64,000 nt of DNA from contig JALWOZ010000010.1 in assembly GCA_027083345.1 (NCBI GenBank), positions 7,301-71,300 on the forward strand, read 5' to 3'. Under the pieces are notes generated by a model. The model did not search any database. It saw nothing but the letters and a program-made list of their open reading frames with translations, and had not been told where the DNA came from. Shown in pieces: positions 53,519-62,345 of this stretch (position 1 is the first letter of the stretch; each line of letters starts with the position of its first letter). This stretch comes from Candidatus Kaiserbacteria bacterium. Its GTDB lineage: Bacteria; Patescibacteriota; Minisyncoccia; Phycocordibacterales; UBA2100. Made by a program: the position numbers and the translations under genes.

Positions 53519-53571
53519 GCCGGAGTGGCGAAACCTGCCTGCCGGCAGGCAGGTCGGTAGACGCGTACGAC
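53519..53571 (+). pseudogene. partial duplicate of tRNA-Leu(CAA) 5' half (positions 1 to the anticodon stem), interrupted by a 20-nt palindrome
   Basis: GCCGGAGTGGCGAAA is identical to the start of the intact tRNA at 53836. Then comes the insert CCTGCCTGCCGGCAGGCAGG, then TCGGTAGACGCGTACGAC (2 mismatches to TTGGTAGACGCGCACGAC). Similarity ends at the anticodon loop. Confidence 0.6.
53534..53553. repeat. 20-nt GC-rich perfect palindrome CCTGCCTGCCGGCAGGCAGG inserted in the D-loop of the tRNA fragment
   Basis: Seen directly. 75% GC in an otherwise AT-rich locus. Self-complementary. Confidence 0.6.
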
Positions 53572-53595
53572 GTTCACAACTGTTCAAATATATAA

Positions 53596-53835
53596 ATGGA
53601 CTACATAGTATATGCAATCAGTAGTGTACATAGAAATTATGTATATATCGGAATGACTAACAATTTAAACCGGCGATTATCTGAACACAATAAAGGTTAT
53701 AACAAAACTACTAGACCATACGCACCTTTTGTACTATTATACTCTGAACCTGTTCCAAATCGTATAGAAGCTCGTAAACGAGAAAAATATCTAAAAAGCG
53801 GAGTAGGTAGAGAGTTTTTAAAGAAACTTAAATAA
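53596..53835 (+). CDS. GIY-YIG family nuclease (small, YhbQ/UPF0213-like)
   Basis: YVYIGMTNNLNRRLSEHNKG contains the GIY-YIG motifs (Y.YIG...R...EHN). Confidence 0.65.
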   Translation: MDYIVYAISSVHRNYVYIGMTNNLNRRLSEHNKGYNKTTRPYAPFVLLYSEPVPNRIEARKREKYLKSGVGREFLKKLK

Positions 53836-53917
53836 GCCGGAGTGGCGAAATTGGTAGACGCGCACGACTCAAAATCGTGTGAGGCAACTCATGAGGGTTC
53901 AAGTCCCTCCTCCGGCA
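53836..53917 (+). tRNA. tRNA-Leu(CAA)
   Basis: GCCGGAG acceptor, D-arm GCGAAATTGGTAGACGC, anticodon stem CACGA/TCGTG with loop CTCAAAA, long variable arm, T-loop GGTTCAAGTCC, 3' acceptor CTCCGGC plus A. Confidence 0.75.
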
Positions 53918-53928
53918 CCGCAACACAA

Positions 53929-54711
53929 TTAAATACCTTCAATAAAAGACCTTAGTATATTATTAAATTCTTTAGGCCTATCTAAATTTGCAAAATGTCC
54001 TGCACCCTTTAACTCAACTAATTTAAAATTATCTTTCTCTTGCCAAGTATTGATAGAACTCTTTATGACCCTATTAATCTCCTTATCCATTTCCCCTCTT
54101 ATTATCGTGGCAGGGATACTAGACTTCTTTATAACTTCTAAATAATTAAAATTTACTAAATGCGGGATTATATTTAAAATAGTCCTCTTTTTTGTTTCTT
54201 TTACCATATCTTTAATCTGTTTTCTTGAATCTTTATTCATTCCAGCTATAGATGCTAAATTCGCAATTGTCTCTATACTAAATAAAACATAAAGTAGCCT
54301 TACAAACTTGATTGTAATTTGTGATTTTGTCAATTGTGCAGTTGTACCAAAAGTAGTAAAAGATAACAACCTGTTGGCATCCTCTTTTAATAACTCATAA
54401 CCTACATTCCCACCTAAAGAATTCCCGACATAGTGCACCTTTTCTATGCCTAATATATTTAAAAGCTTAATTATATCGTCTTTCAACTTAGATAAATCAA
54501 AATCTGATTCTGTTGATTTTGCACAGAACCCTGTATTACCATGACCACGAAGACTTATAGAGATGACTTTATAAGTATCTTGGAAAAAACTATGTTGATT
54601 TTTGAATTGGTTTAAGTTAACGCCTAACCCATGAACAAAAACAATAGCCTCCCTATTCCTCTCTCCTGATAAACAATATTCTAGATTAATCTTCCCTAAG
54701 TTAACTCTCAT
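53929..54711 (-). CDS. alpha/beta-fold hydrolase
   Basis: HGLGVN oxyanion region and GNSLGG nucleophile elbow (GxSxG). Confidence 0.6.
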   Translation of the reverse strand: MRVNLGKINLEYCLSGERNREAIVFVHGLGVNLNQFKNQHSFFQDTYKVISISLRGHGNTGFCAKSTESDFDLSKLKDDIIKLLNILGIEKVHYVGNSLGGNVGYELLKEDANRLLSFTTFGTTAQLTKSQITIKFVRLLYVLFSIETIANLASIAGMNKDSRKQIKDMVKETKKRTILNIIPHLVNFNYLEVIKKSSIPATIIRGEMDKEINRVIKSSINTWQEKDNFKLVELKGAGHFANLDRPKEFNNILRSFIEGI

Positions 54712-54734
54712 AATATACCAACCCGGTTAATATA

Positions 54735-56318
54735 TTATTTTACAGTGATATTCCCCATTATTTTTGGATCTGCACCCTTTTGTTGCAATAAAATGGGAAA
54801 ATCTCCAACTTTGTCTGCCTTAAATACAATCACTCTATCATTACCAGATGAAAACTTAGTCTGTACTTTGAAATCTTTAATCAATATTTTTGAAACTCCT
54901 TCATGAGATCTATACCGTAAGGTTATTGTGTCGTTCAGTGCAACAATTAAAGAAGAGGGACTCAAAATATTTTTATCACCAATTAAAGTAAATTCTTTTT
55001 GCCCTTTAACTACAGGTGTTGCCACGGCGTCGCCTCCTATAAGATCTTTATTCTCATTAGTAATAAAAGGAATTGGGTCTCCATTATCATCTCCTAAAGT
55101 AATATCCTTATTAAAGATATTCTCTCCTGCAAAATTCATAAAAATACCATTTTGTGTGTCAGCCTGAGCATCAAAAAACAGCTCTCCATCATCTGAATCT
55201 GATATCCTCAAATACAAATGAGATGAAGGCGAAGATTGTAAAGACGTCTTTATATATGTACCTATCCTAGGTATAAAAAATACCAAAGATACGATTATAT
55301 AACTTAAGGCCATCATCCACACGACTCCCATACTTATAGCGAGTGTTGCATTAATTTTTGTTTTTAAAAAGACTAACCACTTACCAATCATAAAGATAAA
55401 CAATAATGGGACTATTATGAGAGTATACAAACTCATAGCTAGCAACAATAATACGTTCTTAGAGAAGATATCTGCAAACAACTGCTGAGTTGCGACATCC
55501 ATGTCTACCACAAACCCTCCACTAAATATAGCCATTAGTACCATTGTAAGTATGATCATAACTAACCCAGTAATAAACATTGTTAAGAATCCAATAAATT
55601 TACGAGCAAATACAAAAAGAGCCTGTAATGTATACAATCCATTAGTACTTATCTCTTCTCCATTCTTACGACCCCGTTTAAAAAGATATTTCCCTAAGAA
55701 ACTTTTGGTTCTCTCTTTAGAATCTTCCGGAATATCATTTAACCTATCTTTTACATAACTTTTAACAGATTCAAGATTTACACTATCACCATACATGGCC
55801 ATCTTCTCTGACTGTGTCTTTGCTTTGGGAACTGCCATCCATAATACAATATATACCCAAAACCCAATAGAACTAAAGAGTAATGAAATTAAAAATAATA
55901 TACGAACTATCACTACATCCACACTAAAATATTTTGCAAGTCCACTTGCCACACCAGCTACCAATCCATCATCTCCGTCTCTATACAAACGTTTTTTATT
56001 GCTAGATTTTTTAGAAGCATCTTTATATGTACTCCCCTCTGACTCATCTGCTGTACGTAAATCTTCTATTGAACCTAATTCTTCTATAACATGCTCAACA
56101 TCCTGCACTGTAATAGCCTTATTAACACTCTTATCACATGTAAGCATCTTCTCTGCAATCCCAGATTCAATGTCTTTTATTATCTCATCACTCAACTCTT
56201 TATCTGTATCTTGAAAATAATGTGTAATATCTGTAATGTACGTCTTTAGTATTTGATATGCATCTTCTTCTATTGAAAAAGTGATACCAGAAAGTGTAAT
56301 TTGTTTTGCATTTTTCAT
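54735..56318 (-). CDS. PspC-domain membrane protein (stress-response, PadR-associated)
   Basis: LYRDGDDGLVAGVASGLAKYFSVDVVIVRILFLISLLF... is a canonical PspC domain. Additional TMs and a C-terminal extracytoplasmic beta-rich domain follow. Confidence 0.6.
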   Translation of the reverse strand: MKNAKQITLSGITFSIEEDAYQILKTYITDITHYFQDTDKELSDEIIKDIESGIAEKMLTCDKSVNKAITVQDVEHVIEELGSIEDLRTADESEGSTYKDASKKSSNKKRLYRDGDDGLVAGVASGLAKYFSVDVVIVRILFLISLLFSSIGFWVYIVLWMAVPKAKTQSEKMAMYGDSVNLESVKSYVKDRLNDIPEDSKERTKSFLGKYLFKRGRKNGEEISTNGLYTLQALFVFARKFIGFLTMFITGLVMIILTMVLMAIFSGGFVVDMDVATQQLFADIFSKNVLLLLAMSLYTLIIVPLLFIFMIGKWLVFLKTKINATLAISMGVVWMMALSYIIVSLVFFIPRIGTYIKTSLQSSPSSHLYLRISDSDDGELFFDAQADTQNGIFMNFAGENIFNKDITLGDDNGDPIPFITNENKDLIGGDAVATPVVKGQKEFTLIGDKNILSPSSLIVALNDTITLRYRSHEGVSKILIKDFKVQTKFSSGNDRVIVFKADKVGDFPILLQQKGADPKIMGNITVK

Positions 56319-56320
56319 AA

Positions 56321-56665
56321 TTATTTTATGGTTACATTATTAATAGATTTTTGTAATTCTTTCCATGTCTTTTGTAAATCGCTAAGTACCTGTATACCCA
56401 ATTTTGTAATTTTATAATACTTTCTTGGAGGTCCATATTTTGACTCCCTCCAAGAATGTTCTAATAATCCCTCGTTTTTCAACCTAGTTAACAATGGATA
56501 GAGAGTGCCCTCAACTACAATAAGATTTGCTTTTTTAAGATCAATAAGTAAATCTGAAGAGTACATCTCACCTTTACTAACACTTAGCAATACTACAAAA
56601 CTCAAAAGACCTTTACGCATTTGCAAACGTTTTGTATTTAACATTTCTTTCTTTTTATTTACCAT
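56321..56665 (-). CDS. PadR family transcriptional regulator
   Basis: GEMYSSDLLIDLKKANLIVVEGTLYPLLTRLKNEGLLE winged HTH of PadR. Confidence 0.75.
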   Translation of the reverse strand: MVNKKKEMLNTKRLQMRKGLLSFVVLLSVSKGEMYSSDLLIDLKKANLIVVEGTLYPLLTRLKNEGLLEHSWRESKYGPPRKYYKITKLGIQVLSDLQKTWKELQKSINNVTIK

Positions 56666-56785
56666 AGGTACAATATATCATACGCTACTATGTAATGCAA
56701 GCTACCCACCGCACAGCTGCTACCAGACTAGTAGTACCGGCATTTTTATGATAAATTGATTACATAGTTATAACTTCAATTTATT

Positions 56786-57805
56786 ATGACTCATGAGATA
56801 CCTAACATAAGCACAAACAATAACTCCAATAGCAAGAAAGAGTTATTAAGCCACATACGTCCTAATAAGGTCCTTGAAAGTACCCTCAAATCTCTAAACA
56901 ATAAAATCCTTATCGATATATATAATGAATACCTAATAAAGTCAGGTGTCCCCAATAATATAGACAACTATATTTACTCTGATGCCATCAAGCCAATGGA
57001 ATCTTCTAAAAAACACCCATTAGGACTATATACAGAACACCATATTATAGAATTAAGCATAGACAACATTCATAAATCTGCAAAATCTCTATATGACGAC
57101 TTTTTAAAACCAAACTTTATTGTACGTGCACAAACTAAAAAAGAAGTTATGAACAAGATAATACGTATCCGTATACTAGAAACCATAATACATGAGAATA
57201 CGCATGCAATAGCTCGTCAATATAATTGTCCACCTATTCAAACAGACCTCGACAAAGTTGAATCTCACTTTCACACTGGTTTTCTCTCTAACATCAAATA
57301 TAAAAACAAGTACAATATAAAATTTAATATAAAACACTATGAAGAAATTAATGAGGGAGTAACTCAATTAATTACTGAACGGATACTAAAAGAATATCTA
57401 CGCAGGACAGGGCAAGCTGGAAAAATAGAGAAGGCGTATCTGTCTATACCAGTAGCTAAGAGAGGTGGATATGAACACTATATACTAAGTATACAATATT
57501 ATATAATATTCATCTCAGCCCTATCTGATATACCACCAGACATCGTTGAAACTTCTATAATAAAAGCATATCTACGTGGTGATGAATTGATACCAAATGA
57601 AGTATTGATAGAATTCTCAGAACTTATAAAGCTAGACGAATTTCTATCCCTCAGAGACAACATAAGAAAATTGGAGGATCCTGATAAGTTTAAAAGTGAA
57701 ATAATAGACATATTAAGGAAACTACCTCGAGAGAAATATAACAATGCTAAAGATAAACTAAATACTATTATATCCACACATTATGGATATAGCGGAACTC
57801 GCTAA
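56786..57805 (+). CDS. hypothetical protein with HExxH motif (possible zinc metallopeptidase)
   Basis: ILETIIHENTHAIARQYN contains HENTH. No other recognisable domain. Asn/Lys-rich. Confidence 0.3.
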   Translation: MTHEIPNISTNNNSNSKKELLSHIRPNKVLESTLKSLNNKILIDIYNEYLIKSGVPNNIDNYIYSDAIKPMESSKKHPLGLYTEHHIIELSIDNIHKSAKSLYDDFLKPNFIVRAQTKKEVMNKIIRIRILETIIHENTHAIARQYNCPPIQTDLDKVESHFHTGFLSNIKYKNKYNIKFNIKHYEEINEGVTQLITERILKEYLRRTGQAGKIEKAYLSIPVAKRGGYEHYILSIQYYIIFISALSDIPPDIVETSIIKAYLRGDELIPNEVLIEFSELIKLDEFLSLRDNIRKLEDPDKFKSEIIDILRKLPREKYNNAKDKLNTIISTHYGYSGTR

Positions 57806-57834
57806 CTCAAAAGCACTATATTATTTTGCTTCAT

Positions 57835-58449
57835 TTAAATCTTCCCCACCAAGTCTAACCCTGGCTCTAAAGTGTCGTCTCCTGCTTGCCAACTAGCTGG
57901 GCATACTTTGCCGTCATGCTCAGCAACAAATTTGGAAGCTTGTAGCTTGCGGAGTAGCTCCTTAGCGCTCCTACCTATTGAGTTGTCATTGACCTCTGCT
58001 AGCACTATCTTGCCCTCTGGGTTGACTACGAATGTACCGCGCAATGCCAAGCCTTCATCTGGTATAAGCACACCGAAGCTCTCGGAGAGCATATGGTTGG
58101 CGTCGCTTGCCATCGGGTACTCTATCTTGCCTATCGCTGGTGAGCTGTCGTGCCATGCTTTATGGCAGAAAGCTGTGTCTGTAGAGACAGAGATAATCTC
58201 TGCTCCCTCCTTCTTAAACGCTTCATAATACTCTTGCATCTCCTCAAGCTCTGTAGGGCACACAAAAGTAAAGTCCGCCGGGTAGAAGAAGAGTATAAGC
58301 CATTTATCTCTAAAGTCCTCAATAGTTACTTTGTGTATGTCTTCCTCCCCTCCTGGATTAAATACCTCAAACTCAAAGTTAGGTACAGAATCTCCCACAT
58401 GTAGTGGCCCGTGCGCAAAATCTAATACTCCTCTCTCGTCGTTATTCAT
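57835..58449 (-). CDS. peroxiredoxin (typical 2-Cys, AhpC/Prx1 family)
   Basis: FTFVCPTE peroxidatic Cys. C-terminal VCPASW resolving Cys. Confidence 0.8.
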   Translation of the reverse strand: MNNDERGVLDFAHGPLHVGDSVPNFEFEVFNPGGEEDIHKVTIEDFRDKWLILFFYPADFTFVCPTELEEMQEYYEAFKKEGAEIISVSTDTAFCHKAWHDSSPAIGKIEYPMASDANHMLSESFGVLIPDEGLALRGTFVVNPEGKIVLAEVNDNSIGRSAKELLRKLQASKFVAEHDGKVCPASWQAGDDTLEPGLDLVGKI

Positions 58450-58505
58450 CACACAACTATCACACATAATATTTTATTTACTTTATTAACTATATTTTAA
58501 GATTT

Positions 58506-59066
58506 TTATTGTATCACACTTTTCTCATAGCCCTCATAATAGTATGACTGCTCTATACCCTTAAATATCACCTCTCTATCATCAACATCTGCTGTTAAGT
58601 TATCTAAAAGTAATGTTCTTATTTCTAAGTCGTTGATAGTGCTACGTTCCATTGCTTGTAAGTAAAGCTCCTTGTCTACATGCTGCCAATTCACCACTTT
58701 ACAAAGTCTATTCTTTAAAATCATGTCCAGCCATATGCGCATAGTCCTACCATTACCCTCAGCAAACGAATGGGCAATGTTCATCTCTACATACTTTGCA
58801 ACTATCTCCTCAAAAGTACCCTCTGGCATAGATTCAATCTTTGGTAATATATCATCAAGGTACAACACATTCGCAAAGCGGAACCCGCCTTTAGATATGT
58901 TCACTTCACGAATCTCCCCTGCAAAATCATATAGTCCATCAAAAAGATATTTATGTATATCTTTGAGTCCTTTTACAGTACCGACTTCTATTTTATTTAT
59001 ATCACTCAACTCAAATAATCTGTAGGCATTCTCCAAGCTCTTCCTGTCTATTTCTTGTGTGTCCAT
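58506..59066 (-). CDS. Fic/Doc (Fido) family protein
   Basis: [12 protein letters not shown] matches the HxFx(D/E)GNGRxxR Fic active-site motif. Confidence 0.75.
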   Translation of the reverse strand: MDTQEIDRKSLENAYRLFELSDINKIEVGTVKGLKDIHKYLFDGLYDFAGEIREVNISKGGFRFANVLYLDDILPKIESMPEGTFEEIVAKYVEMNIAHSFAEGNGRTMRIWLDMILKNRLCKVVNWQHVDKELYLQAMERSTINDLEIRTLLLDNLTADVDDREVIFKGIEQSYYYEGYEKSVIQ

Positions 59067-59121
59067 GCTTTTACATTATACCATTTTAGGCTTGTATATG
59101 CTACTGTAATTAAATAATATT

Positions 59122-60087
59122 ATGTCAAAAAAGACTATAAAACCAAAGATAATCATCCTGGTAGGACAGACAGCCAGTGGGAAGACGAGTACTGCCATAG
59201 AGCTAGCTAAAGCTATTGATGGCGAGGTTATCTCTGCAGATTCCCGTCAAGTATACAAGCATCTCAATATTGGCTCAGACAAGATTACTAAAGAGCAAAT
59301 GCAAGGTATACCTCATCACCTACTTGATGTAGCAGACCCGTTAAGACAGACTTATACGGTAAGTAATTTTGTAGACGATGCAACTAAGGCCATACAGAAA
59401 ATAAAAAATCGAGGGAAAGTGCCTATAGTTGCCGGTGGCACTATGCTCTACATTGATGCACTACTAGGCAATGTACTTGTACCAGAGGTAGAACCAAACC
59501 ATGCATTGCGTAAAAAGCTAAATAGCAGAACTGCTGAGGAGCTCTACTCCGAGCTCAAAGCCAAAGACCCTCGCCGAGCTAAGCAGATGATAACAGAAGG
59601 ACAAGACTCTAACCCCCGCCGACTCATACGTGCTCTAGAGATTGTTGCCAAACTTGGGCAAGTACCGAGACCTCAGGATAACGACTCGATTGAGAATCCT
59701 TTATCAGGATTTGATGTACTATGGACAGGCTTGCACAATGAGCTATCTATACAAAAAGAAAAGATAAATAAACGCAACGCAAAGATGCTAAAAGATGGAC
59801 TACTTGACGAAGTTAAGGGACTTATAGATATGGGAGTAACACAGGAGCAATTTGATACATTTGGCTTTGAGTACAAGTACCCTGCTATGTATCTATTTGG
59901 TATACCTATCATAAAAGATGAGCCACCAACCCTTGAGCAAGTATTAATGAAAATGAACAGTAGCACCTGGCGCTACGCAAAAAAGCAACGAGCATGGTGG
60001 AGTGATAGAGATAAGATTACTTGGTTTAAAGCAGAAGAGCGTATTGCATTCATAAATAAAGTAGAAAATTTTATTAAGAACAAATAA
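59122..60087 (+). CDS. miaA: tRNA dimethylallyltransferase
   Basis: P-loop GQTASGKT. DSRQVY. 321 aa. Confidence 0.85.
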   Translation: MSKKTIKPKIIILVGQTASGKTSTAIELAKAIDGEVISADSRQVYKHLNIGSDKITKEQMQGIPHHLLDVADPLRQTYTVSNFVDDATKAIQKIKNRGKVPIVAGGTMLYIDALLGNVLVPEVEPNHALRKKLNSRTAEELYSELKAKDPRRAKQMITEGQDSNPRRLIRALEIVAKLGQVPRPQDNDSIENPLSGFDVLWTGLHNELSIQKEKINKRNAKMLKDGLLDEVKGLIDMGVTQEQFDTFGFEYKYPAMYLFGIPIIKDEPPTLEQVLMKMNSSTWRYAKKQRAWWSDRDKITWFKAEERIAFINKVENFIKNK

Positions 60088-60091
60088 ATTA

Positions 60092-60640
60092 TCATTTATG
60101 CACGTACCTCTCTTTTATAACTTGTATAAACTCTTTAACAAGGGGTGTAACCTCCTCTTCTATAAACTTTACTCTTTCTTCAACAGATAGTCCCGGACCT
60201 CCTGCCCTCTCTGGGACTATAATTTCTTGAGTATATTTGTCTAATAACCTGTCCTTCTTAACTCCCAGCTCTCTCCTCTTGTCTAGATCGTATTCGTCTT
60301 TATCTAATTGTACCAATATGATCCCTAGTGCTGTAAATATACCACTAATACTATTACCTCTTAAAAGATTTTGCTCATATATTTTGCGATCTTCTTGTGA
60401 GAGACTATCTCTCCACTCTCTCCTCTCTTTATGATTCTTAAATACCCCAACCTTATCTATAATAAATGGATATGTATAAACCTCAGCTATAACCTCTAAA
60501 GCACTTAATGTCATTTTAGGCACGCTCGCAAACAAACTTAAATCCAAAGACAATAAATTTTGATGTCTCGCTTCTTTAACTACTTCTACGAGAGGTAGTA
60601 TTTTATTTTGCCGTTCTTTAGACCCAAAACTCTCTTCCAT
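60092..60640 (-). CDS. hypothetical protein
   Basis: Start moved to the internal Met (MEESFG) so it does not overlap tRNA-Trp. One hydrophobic segment. No motif recognised. Confidence 0.3.
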   Translation of the reverse strand: MEESFGSKERQNKILPLVEVVKEARHQNLLSLDLSLFASVPKMTLSALEVIAEVYTYPFIIDKVGVFKNHKERREWRDSLSQEDRKIYEQNLLRGNSISGIFTALGIILVQLDKDEYDLDKRRELGVKKDRLLDKYTQEIIVPERAGGPGLSVEERVKFIEEEVTPLVKEFIQVIKERYVHK

Positions 60641-60685
60641 ATACTTAATATTATAACATGATAAATTTAGCTTTTTTATTTTCTG

Positions 60686-60758
60686 CAGGGGTAGCCGGAC
60701 TCGAACCGACGACACATGGCTTTGGAGACCATTGCTCTACCAACTGAGCTATACCCCT
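60686..60758 (-). tRNA. tRNA-Trp(CCA)
   Basis: Minus-strand AGGGGUA acceptor (A1-U72 as in E. coli tRNA-Trp), anticodon stem AUGGU/GCCAU with loop CUCCAAA, T-loop GGUUCGAGUCC. Confidence 0.7.
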
Positions 60759-60863
60759 ATATTACGCACTACCTTTAATAGCAATACGTGTGGCAAAATA
60801 GTACCACAATATGCCAAATAAAAAAGCACCTAATAGGTGCTTTAAACAATATAATTTATCAAA

Positions 60864-61025
60864 TTACTTCTTCATCTCTTTGTGCTCTGTCTTTACTTTA
60901 CAGCGAGAACAAAACTTACTTAAACTAAGCTTTTCAAGATTCTCACCTTTAATACGCCTTGTTGTGCGGTAGTTAATCTCCTTACACTTAGCACATTGCA
61001 TTTTTTTAACTTTATCTTGTGACAT
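60864..61025 (-). CDS. rpmG: 50S ribosomal protein L33
   Basis: 53-aa ORF missing from the ORF track: MSQDKVKKMQCAKCKEINYRTTRRIKGENLEKLSLSKFCSRCKVKTEHKEMKK. It has the L33 CxxC...CxxC zinc-ribbon pattern and the conserved rpmG-tRNA-Trp synteny. Confidence 0.7.
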   Translation of the reverse strand: MSQDKVKKMQCAKCKEINYRTTRRIKGENLEKLSLSKFCSRCKVKTEHKEMKK

Positions 61026-61078
61026 AATATATTTATTTGAGCGCCAGTATAGCCTAATTATAAATATTACGCAATACC

Positions 61079-61771
61079 TTAAAATCCTCCACCGGTTACA
61101 AACCCATTCCTATCTCCGGTAACATCACCTTGCCCTCTGGGATCATTTTGGAAATTCTCAAATAAATTCCTAAGTTCATTCACAGCACTATTATTCGTAT
61201 CGCCAGAGTCTGCATTTTGTACATCAGGAACATTACTCAATTCGTCAGTAGGTACATCAAAATTGTTTGGTGAACCACTATTAAGTCCCGGTATCTCACC
61301 TCCTACTTGAGTATCGGCTTGCTCGCACCCTACAATCTTATTCCAATCACCTTCGTAGCCTAATCCATTAGCTACATTCGTCATTATAGCATTAACTATG
61401 AGCCACGCTGCCAAAACTCCAATAATACCAAACATCGTCCTACGAAAGACATTCAACGCTGATTTCACCTTATTATTGTTACCATTATTGGTTAAAAATA
61501 AGAATCCAGAATAAGAGAACATGATAGCCGTAAGCAAAACAGCTAAGTATATAAAGTATTGCACAATATTCCCTATCATTTGCACAAAGGTGCACCAATT
61601 GCAGGGTATGCCTCCATTCTCATTGCCTATACCTGTACATGAGACTATGTGAGCATTGCTAGGTGCGGTCTGCAATTGCGCATAAGCAACATCAACATAA
61701 GCCCATAAAAACATAATCAACATCAACAACGCAAATATAGACAATCTTATTATACTCTTCTTTAATAACAT
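61079..61771 (-). CDS. putative TrbC/VirB2-like pilin-type membrane protein with acidic disordered tail
   Basis: Start taken at MLLKK. Signal peptide ending AYAQ, a 4-Cys segment, two TM helices separated by a short basic loop, then an Asn/Asp/Gly-rich C-terminus. Confidence 0.3.
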   Translation of the reverse strand: MLLKKSIIRLSIFALLMLIMFLWAYVDVAYAQLQTAPSNAHIVSCTGIGNENGGIPCNWCTFVQMIGNIVQYFIYLAVLLTAIMFSYSGFLFLTNNGNNNKVKSALNVFRRTMFGIIGVLAAWLIVNAIMTNVANGLGYEGDWNKIVGCEQADTQVGGEIPGLNSGSPNNFDVPTDELSNVPDVQNADSGDTNNSAVNELRNLFENFQNDPRGQGDVTGDRNGFVTGGGF

Positions 61772-61808
61772 TGTTGTAATAATACCATTGCTGATGTAAA
61801 GTACAAAC

Positions 61809-62345
61809 ATGGTAAAAATAACAAAAGATGGAGACAAGATATTAAGAGAGGTTGCAGAGCCACTTAATATAGATGCCATACGATCTAGAGAAACTCAAAA
61901 GATTTTAAAAGACATGTCAGAGGCTCTAAACTCCGAGAAATTTGGAGTAGCTATAGCTGCACCGCAAATAGGAGTACCTTTACGCATATTTGTAGTCGCC
62001 GGCAAAATCTTTAATAAAAAAGATAATACGCAAAAGGCAGATGGCATATTCATAAACCCTATAATACTAAAAAGGTCTAAAAAGATGCAAGAGTCGCACG
62101 AGTCTTGCCTATCTATACAAGGTCGCCCACCTGAGCAAGGCCCGGATGTGGCAGGAGTTGTACTCCGCCCAGAGAAGATGAAAATAAGCTATTATAATGA
62201 AAAGGGAGAGAAGAAGGAGTACGGAGCTAGTGGCTTTTTATCAGCTATATTTGACCACGAGATAGACCATCTAAATGGCACTCTCTTTATAGACAAGACT
62301 ATAAACGTGTGGGAAATAGACAAAGACTTTAATAAGGTGTCCTAA
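61809..62345 (+). CDS. def: peptide deformylase
   Basis: GVAIAAPQIG, ESCLS, HEIDHLNG metal-binding motifs. Confidence 0.85.
   Translation: MVKITKDGDKILREVAEPLNIDAIRSRETQKILKDMSEALNSEKFGVAIAAPQIGVPLRIFVVAGKIFNKKDNTQKADGIFINPIILKRSKKMQESHESCLSIQGRPPEQGPDVAGVVLRPEKMKISYYNEKGEKKEYGASGFLSAIFDHEIDHLNGTLFIDKTINVWEIDKDFNKVS

Larger units (their letters stand above)
53519..53835 (+). mobile_element. candidate small mobile/homing insertion carrying a GIY-YIG nuclease gene, bounded by duplicated tRNA-Leu 5' sequence
   Basis: A tRNA 5'-half duplication flanks a 79-aa GIY-YIG ORF whose stop codon abuts nt 1 of the intact tRNA. Confidence 0.4.
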
